Source: an uncultured delta proteobacterium
Lineage (GTDB): Bacteria > Myxococcota > UBA727 > VGSZ01
Reading direction: 5' to 3'
Assembly (NCBI GenBank): GCA_963775425.1
Contig: CAVZJB010000011.1
Coordinates: forward strand, 320,001-384,000
DNA: 64,000 nucleotides
The notes under the pieces: model-generated
The model's database searches: none
What the model was told of the DNA's origin: nothing
Seen by the model: only the letters and a program-made list of their open reading frames with translations
Shown here: piece after piece, positions 1 through 10,985 of the stretch
Numbering within the stretch: the first letter of the stretch is position 1
Layout: each line of letters opens with the position of its first letter
Made by a program: the position numbers and the translations under genes

Positions 1-582
1 TCACCACGGCCGCCGACGCCGCGCGCATCAGGGAGATCCGCGCGCAGTCCAAGGTGCTCGTCACCATCGGCGCGTGCGCCACCGCCGGCGGCATCCAGGC
101 GCTGCGCAACTTCGCCGACATCAACGAGTACATGTCCGCGGTGTATGCGTCGCCCGAGTACATCTCGACGCTGGCGACGTCGACGCCGGTGTCGGCGCAC
201 GTGAAGGTCGACTACGAGCTGCACGGCTGCCCCATCGACAAGCACCAGCTCCTCGAGGTGATCAGCGCGCACCTGTGCGGCCGCAAGCCTTCGGTGCCGA
301 ACCACAGCGTATGCGTCGAGTGCAAGCTCGCCGGAAAGGTCTGCGTGACGGTGGCGCAGGGCACCCCGTGCCTCGGCCCGATCACGCACGCGGGCTGCGG
401 CGCGCTCTGTCCGGGCTACGCCCGCGGCTGCTATGGCTGCTTCGGCCCCAAGGAGAACGCCAACCCGCCCGCGCTCATGACCCACGCGCGCGAGCACCTG
501 TCGCTGCCGAAGAAGGGCGCGCTGCGCATCCTGCGCACGTTCAACGCCGCCGCCCCCGAATTCGAACGAGAGAGCCGCCGCT

Positions 583-608
<26 letters not shown>
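1..608 (+). CDS. [NiFe]-hydrogenase small (delta) subunit, group 3b/sulfhydrogenase type; 5'-truncated by window edge
   Basis: GACATAGG and GCP motifs plus C-terminal Fe-S cysteines ([18 protein letters not shown]...GCYGCFG); reading frame is open back to the window start; overlaps the large subunit start. Confidence 0.9.
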
Positions 609-1889
<1,281 letters not shown>

Positions 1890-1893
<4 letters not shown>

Positions 1894-2441
1894 CCAAGCC
1901 TCCAGCGCAAGCGGCAGACGGCTCACCGGCGGCAGCGACGACGTCGCCGCGCACCATCGTCGTGTGCATCGGCAACGCCGTTCGCGGGGACGACGGCGCC
2001 GGGCCCGCGGTCTTCGAGGCGCTGCGCGGCCGCTTGCCTGCGGGCGTCGACCTGCGCGCGCTGCGGGGCGACCTGACGGAGCTCGTGGAGCTGTGCACGG
2101 CCGAGGCGCGGCTCGTCGTCGTCGACGCCGTGGTGACCGGCGTCGCGCCGGGGACGGTGCGCCGCCTCGCGCGCAAGGACATCCGCCGCGAGATGTTCCC
2201 GCGGGCGTCCACGCACGCGCTCGGCGTGGCGGAGGCGCTCGAGCTGGCGGAGGCGCTCGGGGGCGCCGTCGACGCCACGCTGTGGGGCATCGAGGCCGCG
2301 TCGTTCGCGGAGGGGACGTCGCCGTGCGCGGCGGTGTCGTCGTCGGTGGCGACGGTGGCGGAGGGGATCCTCGAGGAGCTCGGCGCCGGGCGCTCGTCCG
2401 GGACGGCGGCGCCGCGCGAAGGGAGCGGGACGGATGCATGA
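1890..2441 (+). CDS. Hydrogenase maturation endopeptidase (HycI/HybD family)
   Basis: [18 protein letters not shown] and STHALG motifs; GTG start overlaps the upstream TGA (GTGA). Confidence 0.9.
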
Positions 2442-2694
2442 GCTCTCGTTGCTCGCCGGGCTGTTTCGCCAGGTCGAGCGCATCGCGGACGCCGAGCGGG
2501 CCACGCGCGTGACGTGCGTGCGGCTGCGCCTGGGCGCGCTCGCGCACATCTCGCCCGAGCACCTGCGTGAGCACTTCGTCGACGCCGCGCGCGGCACGCG
2601 GCTCGAGGGCGCGCGGCTCGAGGTCACGACGGCGACGGACCCCACCGACGGGGGCGCGCTGGACATCCTCCTCGAGAGCGTCGACGTCGAGTGA
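2434..2694 (+). CDS. hypA: Hydrogenase nickel insertion protein HypA/HybF, short form without zinc finger
   Basis: N-terminal MHE nickel-binding motif, V.LRLGAL, EGA.LE and C-terminal LESVDVE; no CxxC pairs. Confidence 0.85.
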   Translation: MHELSLLAGLFRQVERIADAERATRVTCVRLRLGALAHISPEHLREHFVDAARGTRLEGARLEVTTATDPTDGGALDILLESVDVE

Positions 2695-2729
2695 GCGCCG
2701 GGGCGCCCCACGACGGGCCGCCTGCACCG

Positions 2730-3386
2730 TCAGCGGCGGCGGCGGAGGCGGCGCAGCAACAGGAGGCCGCCGACGACGGCCGCGAGGGCGGCGATGCGGG
2801 CGGCCCGCGAGGGGCGCGGCCGTGCGGGGACGCGCGGGGCCGGCGGCGGGCGATGGGAGAACAGGCCGCCGACGAGGAAGCTCTTGCGCGGGTGCCGCGC
2901 GACGTCGACGATGCGGGCGACGTTGTCGACGTGGACCGCGCTCACGCGCACGCCGCTGCCCGCGTGCAACAGCTCGGTGCGCAGCGCGTCGGTGAGCCCG
3001 TCGACGGCGCGGCGCGCCGCCAGCGCCACCTGCACGATGCTGCCCTCGTCCCGTGCCTTCATGCGCTTGAGCGCCGTGAACGTGCCGTGCACGGCCCCCA
3101 CGGTGTCCTCGACGCGGTCGATGCCCGCGTTCACCCAGATGTCGATCGCGCCGAAGTGCTCCTCCACCGCGTCCGCCGCCGCCTCCAGCGCCTCGGCGTC
3201 GGCGACGTCACAGGGGAGCACCAGCGCCTCCCCGCCCAGCCGTTCGACCTCGCGCCCGACCGCCGTCAGCGCGTCCGCACCGGCGTCGACGAGGCCGATG
3301 CGCGCACCCCCCTGTGCGAAGGCCCGCGCGGTCTGCGCGCCCACGCGCCCCGCGGCCCCGGTGATGACGACGACCTCAGCGCCCAC
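2730..3386 (-). CDS. Short-chain dehydrogenase/reductase-like protein with degenerate active site and C-terminal hydrophobic tail
   Basis: VVITGAAGRVG Rossmann motif, CDVAD and IDIWVNAG; YxxxK is absent; start uncertain (GTG 3386 chosen because ATG 3455 collides with the divergent gene). Confidence 0.7.
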   Translation of the reverse strand: MGAEVVVITGAAGRVGAQTARAFAQGGARIGLVDAGADALTAVGREVERLGGEALVLPCDVADAEALEAAADAVEEHFGAIDIWVNAGIDRVEDTVGAVHGTFTALKRMKARDEGSIVQVALAARRAVDGLTDALRTELLHAGSGVRVSAVHVDNVARIVDVARHPRKSFLVGGLFSHRPPPAPRVPARPRPSRAARIAALAAVVGGLLLLRRLRRRR

Positions 3387-3453
3387 GCCGCCAAGCCGTG
3401 CATCCGCCGTTCCCGCCCGCCCGCGGCCCCCGCGGTCGTGCAATAAAGCTCCC

Positions 3454-6075
3454 ATGGCGCCCCGCCTGGACACGCCGCTGTCGAAAGCGCTGATCGAGAG
3501 CGGCAGCCTCGATCCGTCCGCGCTCGAGGAAGCCGTGCAGGAGCAGATGATCCACGGGGGCGCCCTGGACACCATCCTCCTCGAAAAGGGCGCCGTCGAA
3601 GAGCGCGCCCTCGCCGCCCTCCTCGCCCAGGCCTGGCAGACCGACCCGGTCCCCCTCGACGACATCGAGCGCCCCGCGGCCGCCGCCGTCAAAGCCCTCC
3701 CCGAGCGCATGGCCCTCGCCATGCGCCTGTGCCCCTTCGCCGTCGAGGGCACCGCCGTCCACGTCATGTGCACCTCGCCGCTCGACCGCGGCCTCATCGA
3801 AGAGGTCAGCGCGCTGTTGAAGAAGCCGCTGGTGCCGCACGTGGTCCCCGAGGTGCGGCTGTGGCAGGGCCTGCAGCAGGCCTACGGCACCGCGCCCGAC
3901 GAGCGCTTCGCCGCGCTGCTCACGGACCTGCGCTCGCCGGCCAAGCCCGGCGACGGCTCCGAGGAGGGCGCCCCCTTCGACGACATGCGCGACGCCTCCG
4001 ACCCCGGCGCCGCCAAGTGGGACCTGGTCGAGGCGCTCGCGCACCTGGCGTCCCAGGACAGCCGCGACGGCATCGCGCGCGTGGCCACGTCGTACGCACG
4101 CAAGTTCATGCCGTTCGCCGCGATGATCGGCGTGCGCACCGTCGACGGGAGCGCGCAGTGCGTGGGCTGGCTGCGCTCGGGCCCCGCCGAGGGCGTTCAG
4201 TTCTCGAACAGGCCCTACGTCATCACCGCGGACAGCGTGCTCGACGGCGCGCTCAAGAGCCCCTCTCCGTCCCTCGGCAAGCCCGCCATCACGTCGGGCA
4301 ACGCCGCGCTGTTCGGCTGGCTCGGCCGGCGGCGCCCGCGCACGTTCCTCGTCGTCCCTATCGTCGTCGCGGCCAAGCCCGTCGGCGCGCTCGTCGCCGA
4401 CGGGGGCATCCGCTCCCGCGACATCGGCTCCCTCTCTGACCTCGTCTCCTTCGCCGCGCGCCTCGGCCCGGCGTTCGAGACGCTCCTGCGCAAGCGCCAC
4501 GCGCAGTCGCTGCCGCCCGCGCCCGCCGGCGCGCAGATGAGCGACGCGCTCACCGTGCAAAACCCCGTGCTCGCGTCGCCGCCGGCGCCGCCCCCCGAAC
4601 CGCCGGCCCCTCCGGCGCAGGCGCCGCCGGTGACGAGCGTCGTCGACGAGGCGGAGGTCACCGCGCCGCAGCCGATGCTCCGCGGCCTCGGCCCGGGCGT
4701 GGACCTCGACGAGGTGCCGGCGCCGCCGCCGATGCCCGCGCCGGCCGTGGGATCGCCGCGGCCCATCACGATGACGGCGATGCCGGCCGTGGAGCTCGTG
4801 CCCCCGTCCCGCGACGGCACCAGCCCCTTCGCGCGCGACTACGTCGTGCCGCAGCAGGCGGAGCCGCCGCCGCGTCCTCCTCCTCCGCCGGTCCCGCCGA
4901 TGGTCGTCGAGGACCTCGGCAGCATCGGCAGGCTCGACGCGCCGGCGGTGTTCGCCGACGTCGCCGAGGGCAAGGCCACGATCGCCTGGCGCGACGCCCT
5001 GTACGACGCCGTCGAGCGCGGTCACCAGGGCGGGACCGTGGCGCCCGAGGAGAAGGCGCGCCTGTTCCTCGACGACGAGGGCTGGGAGGACATCCGCTAC
5101 GAGAGCTTCGACGCCGCCGCGCCCCGCGACGCGGCCGCGCTGTCGATGCCCGTGCTCGACGACTCCATCGCCACCGTTGGCGACGGCGAGCCCATCACCG
5201 ACGAGGAGCCGCCGTCGCCGCTCGAGGAGCTCGTCGACGCCCTCGAGGGCCTCGACGAAGCCGCCGTCAAGCGCGCGCAGAAGCAGCTCCTCGAGCGCGG
5301 TGTGGAGGCGGTGCCGGCCCTCGAGGAGCGCTTCCCCGGGCGCCTGCACGTCGACCCGTTCGACCCCGGTGAAAACGTGCGCACCGCGCCGGCGCTCGGG
5401 CCGCTCGTCGAGGTGCTCTACGCCCTCGGGCCCGCGGGCCTCGACGCCGCGGTGCCTCACCTCGACTCGCGGTACCCGGCGCATCGCTTCGCCGCGGTCC
5501 TCTTGTTCGCGCTCACGCCGGACTCCCGCGGCATCGATCTGCTGCGCGCGCGGCTGCACGATCAGGAGCCGCGCATCCGCTTGCTCGCCGCCGACGCCCT
5601 GGCGCCGTTCGTCGCGCACCCGCGCTTCGAGGCGGTGCTCGTGCACCTGCGCGACCGGCTGCAGAGCCCGCTGCTCGACGCGCGCCGGCGCGCGGTCCAG
5701 CTCCTGGGCGCCTTCCGCGACGTCGGCGGGGTGCCGCTGTTGATCGCGCTCCTCGACGGGCGCGGCGCGACGGACCTCGCCGAGGACGTGCGCCAGGCCC
5801 TGCGGGCCATCACGCTGCAGGACTTCGGCACGCGCGCGCGCGGGTGGGATCGCTGGTGGCAGAAGGCCAAGAAGAAGACGCGCGTGGACTGGCTCATCGA
5901 GGGGCTCTCGTCCGAGGACCGCGAGCTGCGCACCATCGCCCACGTCGAGCTCGCCGCCATCACCGGCGACGACTTCGGCTACCGCGCCGACGAGCCGCGG
6001 CGGAACCGCCAGCGCGCCGTGGCCGTGTTTCAGACGTGGTGGAGCGAAGAGCAGAAGCGCCCGAAGGCGAGCTGA
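3454..6075 (+). CDS. GspE/PilB N-terminal (MshEN-like) domain + GAF-like region + Pro-rich linker + HEAT repeats (FrgA-like myxobacterial protein)
   Basis: N-terminal L..ALIESG.L....LEEAV.EQ...GG.LDTILLE.G pattern; C-terminal HEAT repeats (LHDQEPRIRLLAADAL, DVRQALRAIT.QDFG....W.RWW). Confidence 0.7.
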   Translation: MAPRLDTPLSKALIESGSLDPSALEEAVQEQMIHGGALDTILLEKGAVEERALAALLAQAWQTDPVPLDDIERPAAAAVKALPERMALAMRLCPFAVEGTAVHVMCTSPLDRGLIEEVSALLKKPLVPHVVPEVRLWQGLQQAYGTAPDERFAALLTDLRSPAKPGDGSEEGAPFDDMRDASDPGAAKWDLVEALAHLASQDSRDGIARVATSYARKFMPFAAMIGVRTVDGSAQCVGWLRSGPAEGVQFSNRPYVITADSVLDGALKSPSPSLGKPAITSGNAALFGWLGRRRPRTFLVVPIVVAAKPVGALVADGGIRSRDIGSLSDLVSFAARLGPAFETLLRKRHAQSLPPAPAGAQMSDALTVQNPVLASPPAPPPEPPAPPAQAPPVTSVVDEAEVTAPQPMLRGLGPGVDLDEVPAPPPMPAPAVGSPRPITMTAMPAVELVPPSRDGTSPFARDYVVPQQAEPPPRPPPPPVPPMVVEDLGSIGRLDAPAVFADVAEGKATIAWRDALYDAVERGHQGGTVAPEEKARLFLDDEGWEDIRYESFDAAAPRDAAALSMPVLDDSIATVGDGEPITDEEPPSPLEELVDALEGLDEAAVKRAQKQLLERGVEAVPALEERFPGRLHVDPFDPGENVRTAPALGPLVEVLYALGPAGLDAAVPHLDSRYPAHRFAAVLLFALTPDSRGIDLLRARLHDQEPRIRLLAADALAPFVAHPRFEAVLVHLRDRLQSPLLDARRRAVQLLGAFRDVGGVPLLIALLDGRGATDLAEDVRQALRAITLQDFGTRARGWDRWWQKAKKKTRVDWLIEGLSSEDRELRTIAHVELAAITGDDFGYRADEPRRNRQRAVAVFQTWWSEEQKRPKAS

Positions 6076-6294
6076 AAGGCTGACGAAAAACAAGGCTCGT
6101 AGCAGCACCGCTCCGCCGTGTGGCCGTAGCACCGGCCCCTTCCGGGTGGCTCGGATCAACACGTTACGCGTCAGCCTCTGGCTGAGCGGACGACGTGCTC
6201 GCTGACGATGACGTCGTGCCCCGCCGCGAATGTCTACGCCGCGGGCCTTCGGCGCCTCTCTCGCATCGGGGCGACGGCCGCTCCGGTCGCGGCG

Positions 6295-7272
6295 TTACTC
6301 GGGTGGGCCGGGGAGGATCTCACCGACGGAGAGCACCGGGTCGCCGAACAGGCCGGACTGGTCGACGAGGACCACGTAGCGCAGCGCGCCGGTGCCGACG
6401 GGGGAGGGCAGCTCGGACTCGGTGAACGCGTCGACGTCGTAGCTGCGCACCGGATCGGAGAGCACGAAGTCGAGCGTGGAGGAGTACTCGGGGAAGAGCG
6501 CCACCGAGAGGCCCCCGAACGGATCGGGGTTCGCCGACAAGAAGATCTGCCCGCGCGGGACGCAGCAGGAGCCGGGCCCTTCGATGAGCGGATCGAAGAT
6601 GAGCCGGAGCGGGGCGCCGCCGCCGACGTCCTCGAAGATGGCGGTGGTGCCGGGGTTCATGTAGCCGCCGCCCTCGACGTGGTCGACCATGGCGGCGTGC
6701 GCCTGCACGCAGCGCGCGCACCCGCCGCAGCGGTTGTCGGTCTCGCGACCGTGGAAGCACACGAGGCTGTTTTCGTCGCTGGTGCAGGTCTGCACGCCGG
6801 TGTCGCAGCCGGAGCAGACGTCCCCGGGGTGCAGGCTCGGGCTCAGCGGCGTGCACCCGCCGCAGTCGTTGCGGATGATGTCCCCGCCCTGGCACTCGCT
6901 GGCGGTGCCGTCGGCGTTGCACACGCCGATGCCGCAACCCTCGGCGCCGCAGACCTCGCCGACCCGCCCGGCGCTCTCGTCGAGGTCACCGCACACGCCG
7001 CAGCGGTTGAAGCCCGGGTCGGCGCACGCGATGGCGTCGGTGATCTGGCTGCAGACGTTGGTGCCGCAGTCGCCGCAGGGATCGCCGAACGTGGGCGTAT
7101 CCGGGCCGCACTGCGGGCCCGCGTCGACGTCGCCTTCGCCCTCGCCTTCACCTTCGCCTTCGCCTTCGCCTTCGCTGCCGCCGTCGGCGGGGCCCGCGTC
7201 GGGGTTGTCGGGGCCGCCGCAGGTGCAGCCCGACAGGGCCAGCAGGCAGAGCGGCACGAAGAGGCGCTGCAT
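6295..7272 (-). CDS. Cys-rich exported protein, probable lipoprotein, with a (GE)n linker
   Basis: Signal peptide with lipobox LSGC; EGEGEGEGEGEG tract; repeated N.CGGC/CGVC motifs. Confidence 0.75.
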   Translation of the reverse strand: MQRLFVPLCLLALSGCTCGGPDNPDAGPADGGSEGEGEGEGEGEGEGDVDAGPQCGPDTPTFGDPCGDCGTNVCSQITDAIACADPGFNRCGVCGDLDESAGRVGEVCGAEGCGIGVCNADGTASECQGGDIIRNDCGGCTPLSPSLHPGDVCSGCDTGVQTCTSDENSLVCFHGRETDNRCGGCARCVQAHAAMVDHVEGGGYMNPGTTAIFEDVGGGAPLRLIFDPLIEGPGSCCVPRGQIFLSANPDPFGGLSVALFPEYSSTLDFVLSDPVRSYDVDAFTESELPSPVGTGALRYVVLVDQSGLFGDPVLSVGEILPGPPE

Positions 7273-7363
7273 GGTGGGAGATTGCCCGTGAGCAGGACGC
7301 CCCGCAAGGCGCAGCGGTCGCCGGGTTGCTGACATCCCGGGGCGCGGTTACGGTCGATCGACG

Positions 7364-10003
7364 ATGCCGAACGACCAACACGCCTTCCTCGGGGGTCGGC
7401 CCCTCTTGTGCACGACCCTCGACAACGGCCTGCGCGTCGTCGTCTGTCGCAGCGCGGCCGCGCCGGTGGTGGCGCTGCAGGTCTGGGTCGGCGTCGGCTC
7501 CGCCGACGAGACCGAGGCGCAGGGCGGGCTCGCGCACGTCCACGAGCACATGCTCTTCAAGGGCACCCTCGGTCACGACGGCAGGCCCGGCCGCGGCGTC
7601 GGCGAGATCGCCGGCGAGATCGAGAAGAGCGGCGGCGAGATCAACGCCTGGACGAGCTACGACCAGACCGTCTACCACGTCGTCCTCGCGCGCCGGTTCT
7701 TCGACACCGGCCTCGACGTCCTCGCGGACGCCATCCAGCGCTCGGCCTTCGACGAGGACGAGCTGAAAAAGGAGCTCGAGGTCATCCTCGAGGAGATCAA
7801 GCGCTCCGAGGACCAGCCCGGCTCGCGCACGAGCCGCGCGTTGTTCGAGACCGCGTTTCACCACCACCCCTACCGCAGGCCCGTCATCGGCTACAGCGAG
7901 GTCGTGCGCGGCTTCGCCCGTGACGACGTCATGGCGTTCTTCAACGCCCACTACCGCGCCGACCGCATGACCGTCGTGGCCGTCGGCGACGTCGACCCCG
8001 ACACCTGCGTCCAGAAGATCGCCCGCGCGTTCGCCGGCTGCCCCAAGAACGCCGCCAAGCTCGCGCCGCGCGCCAAGGAGCCGCCCCAGGAAGGGCTGCG
8101 GGCCAAGGGCCTGGTCGACGACGTCGAGGAGAGCCACCTCGCGCTCGGCTTCGTCGGCCCGCGCCTCCTCGACGACGACATGCCCGCCGTCGACGTGCTC
8201 TCGGTGCTGCTCGGCCAGGGCGAGAGCTCGCGTCTGGTGTCGCGCGTGAAGCGCGAGCAGCAGCTCGTCAACGAGACCTACGCATACGCGTACACGCCCA
8301 AGGACCCGGGGTTGTTCGTGGTGGGCTCGTCGCTGCACCACGACAAGCTCGACGGGGCGCTCGCCGCGCTCGGACACGAGATCGTGAAGGTGGTCGAGGC
8401 GCGGCCGCGCACCACCGAGGTCGACAAGGCCAAGGCCATCCTCGCCTCCGAGTCCATCTACCAGCGGGAGACGGTGGAGGGGCTCGCGCGCCGCCTCGGC
8501 ACGTGGACGCTCCTCACGGGCGATCCGACGTACGAGGCCCGCTACCAGGAGCGCGTCGCCGCCGTCGGCACCGACGACGTGCGCCAGGCCGCGGAGAAGT
8601 ACCTCGCGCCCAGCCACGCCAACGTCGTGGCCATGGTGCCGCGGCCGCACGCGGCCCTCGTGGAGACCGAGCGCCTCGTCGAGCACGCGCAAAAGGCGCT
8701 GGCGCCTTCGCCCAAGAAGCTGCGCCAGAGCGCCGTCGACGACGTCGTGCGCGTGGAGCTGCCGTCGGGCGCCATCGTCGTCGTCGAGCGCGACGCGGGC
8801 AACCCCATCGCCGTCATGCGCGCCGCGTGGCTCGGCGGCCTGCGCGCCGAGGACGACGACACCGCCGGCTTCACCAACCTCTGCGCCGACCTCATCAGCA
8901 AGGGCACCAAGAAGACGTCGGCGCCGGTGCTCGCCGAGACCATCGACGCCATGGCGGGCCACATGGACGGCTTCGCGGGCCGAAACAGCTTCGGCATGCG
9001 CGCCACGTTCTTGAAGCAGCACGTCGACCGCGGGCTCGCCCTGTTCTTCGAGTCCATGAAGGACGCCGCGTTCGCCGGCGACGAGCTCGATCGCACGCGC
9101 GCCCTCGTCCTCGAGGATATGCGCAACAAGCTCGACAACCCCGCGGGCCTCGCCTTCGATCTGTTCGGGCGCTCGCTGTGGCTCAAGCACCCGTACCGTC
9201 GCGACCTCCTCGGCACCACGACGTCGGTGACGGGCGCGACGAGCGATCGCTTGCGCGGGTTCTGGCACGCGCGGGCGCTGCCCAAGCAGGTGATCATGAG
9301 CTTCGTCGGCGACGTCGACCCCGACGACATCGTCGACGCCGTCCAGGAGCTGCTCGGCGACGGCGACGGCCGCCACGCCGCGGCGCCGTCGCCGCCGCGG
9401 GAGTCGCCGCCCACGGAGCCGCGCGTGGCCCGCCTGGTGCGGGCGCGCGCGCAGGCGCACCTCGTGACGGGCACCCGCGGGCTCACGCTCGACGACGAGG
9501 ACCGCTTCGCGCTCGAGGTCTTGTGCTCGGCGCTGTCGGGGCAGGGCGGGCGCTTGTTCTTCGAGCTGCGCGACAAACAGTCGCTCTGCTACTCGGTGAG
9601 CGCGTTTTCCGTGGAGGGCCTCGAGCCAGGCTCGTTCGCCGTCTACATGGGGACGAGCCCCGACAAGGTCGACAAGGCGCTGTCGGGCATCAACGCGCTG
9701 CTCGGCGAGGTGGCGGACAAGGGCATCACGGAGGCGGAGCTGTCCCGCAGCAAGCGCTACCTCGTCGGCAGCCACGAGATCGGCCTGCAGCGGCTGGGCG
9801 CGCGCGCGTCGGCGATGGCGCTCAACGAGCTGTACGGCCTCGGCCACCTCGCGCACCGCGCGTACGAAAACAAGATCGACGCCGTGGGCCTCGATGACGT
9901 GTTGCGCGTCGCCCGCCGCGTGCTGTCCGGAGCGAGGGTCACCGCGGTGGTGGGCCCCGAAGGCTCGGGGGGACCCGCGGCCACGCTCGATCCTCCTGCA
10001 TGA
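7364..10003 (+). CDS. M16 family (pitrilysin/insulinase-like) zinc peptidase, two-module
   Basis: Inverted zinc motif HVHEH(MLFKGT), NAWTS.DQTVY, HPYRRPVIG; second module with RLFFELRDKQSLCYSV. Confidence 0.95.
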   Translation: MPNDQHAFLGGRPLLCTTLDNGLRVVVCRSAAAPVVALQVWVGVGSADETEAQGGLAHVHEHMLFKGTLGHDGRPGRGVGEIAGEIEKSGGEINAWTSYDQTVYHVVLARRFFDTGLDVLADAIQRSAFDEDELKKELEVILEEIKRSEDQPGSRTSRALFETAFHHHPYRRPVIGYSEVVRGFARDDVMAFFNAHYRADRMTVVAVGDVDPDTCVQKIARAFAGCPKNAAKLAPRAKEPPQEGLRAKGLVDDVEESHLALGFVGPRLLDDDMPAVDVLSVLLGQGESSRLVSRVKREQQLVNETYAYAYTPKDPGLFVVGSSLHHDKLDGALAALGHEIVKVVEARPRTTEVDKAKAILASESIYQRETVEGLARRLGTWTLLTGDPTYEARYQERVAAVGTDDVRQAAEKYLAPSHANVVAMVPRPHAALVETERLVEHAQKALAPSPKKLRQSAVDDVVRVELPSGAIVVVERDAGNPIAVMRAAWLGGLRAEDDDTAGFTNLCADLISKGTKKTSAPVLAETIDAMAGHMDGFAGRNSFGMRATFLKQHVDRGLALFFESMKDAAFAGDELDRTRALVLEDMRNKLDNPAGLAFDLFGRSLWLKHPYRRDLLGTTTSVTGATSDRLRGFWHARALPKQVIMSFVGDVDPDDIVDAVQELLGDGDGRHAAAPSPPRESPPTEPRVARLVRARAQAHLVTGTRGLTLDDEDRFALEVLCSALSGQGGRLFFELRDKQSLCYSVSAFSVEGLEPGSFAVYMGTSPDKVDKALSGINALLGEVADKGITEAELSRSKRYLVGSHEIGLQRLGARASAMALNELYGLGHLAHRAYENKIDAVGLDDVLRVARRVLSGARVTAVVGPEGSGGPAATLDPPA

Positions 10004-10869
10004 GCGCGTACCTTCCCCTCGCCTCGCACTCCGGTTGGTTCGAGGGCGACGCCCTGCTGCAGTCGCTCGGCGCCCGACTGAAGGCGCTCCTGATCATCGA
10101 GGACGAGCTCGTCGTCGAGCCGGGCGCGGTGGCGGTGCGGATCGCCGAGGGGGACATCAGCGAGCAGCGCTTCGCGCCGGGCGCGGTGCCGTGGCCCCGC
10201 AACGACGTGACGAAGGTCGGCGTGTTTTCGGCGCCCGACGGCGTCACCATGTGCATGGACTGGGAGCCCTTGCTCGCCGCGTCCGGTCTGCTCTTCGCCG
10301 ACGGCGTGCGCATCCTCGCCGAGCCGCTGAAGCCAAAGACCCGGCGCGAGCTGCGCGCCCGCGCCGACGCCGTCGCCGCCCACGAAGCCGTGGTCGCCGC
10401 GGTGCCGGGGCCGCGGACGGTGCGCGAGGCGATGGTGAAGCACTGGCTCATCGACTGCGCCGCCGCCGCGTTCGAAGGGAGCGCCGTCGCCGTCGACGGC
10501 AACGCCCATGCGTTCCTCCTCGCGATGAACCGCGCCATCGGCGAGATCTCGGAGACCGCCGAGGTGGAATTGCGCGGCCCGTCGTCGTTTCGCGTCGTCG
10601 ATGTCAGCGCCTGGCCCTGGGACCGCGTGCTGAGCGTCCGCGCCTCGGAGCACGGCGCGCGCCTTCGGCACATCGTGCGCAAGGCGCGCAGCGGCGAGCT
10701 GGCGGCCGTCGACGTGCAGAGCGCCGTCGACGCCGTCACCGGCAGGACCGGGGAGGGCCCCTCGCTGCAGGTCGACCTCATCCACAACGCGGTCCCCGCC
10801 CTCCTCGGCATGAGCCTCGTCGGAGGGCCGGCCATCGTCTACGTCCTGCGCCCCTGCGCCGCGGCGTGA
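10000..10869 (+). CDS. Hypothetical protein
   Basis: ATGA overlap with the peptidase stop; GC3-rich codon pattern; no motif recognised. Confidence 0.65.
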   Translation: MSAYLPLASHSGWFEGDALLQSLGARLKALLIIEDELVVEPGAVAVRIAEGDISEQRFAPGAVPWPRNDVTKVGVFSAPDGVTMCMDWEPLLAASGLLFADGVRILAEPLKPKTRRELRARADAVAAHEAVVAAVPGPRTVREAMVKHWLIDCAAAAFEGSAVAVDGNAHAFLLAMNRAIGEISETAEVELRGPSSFRVVDVSAWPWDRVLSVRASEHGARLRHIVRKARSGELAAVDVQSAVDAVTGRTGEGPSLQVDLIHNAVPALLGMSLVGGPAIVYVLRPCAAA

Positions 10870-10985
10870 AGCGACGGGCCGTTTTGGCGCGCCCCTGTCC
10901 GCGGCTTGGTGCCGGGGGGCCGCCCGGGTAGTCTGACCGGGCTCGTCGCCCGATCCCGCCCCGATCGCCCGGTAGGTCCAGCCCG

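Noticed and set aside
6076-6200. SRP RNA or tRNA
   Set aside because: The CCGGAAGG on the minus strand lacks the flanking CAGG/AGCAG SRP motif, and no cloverleaf or T-loop was found; kept only as an unclassified structured element
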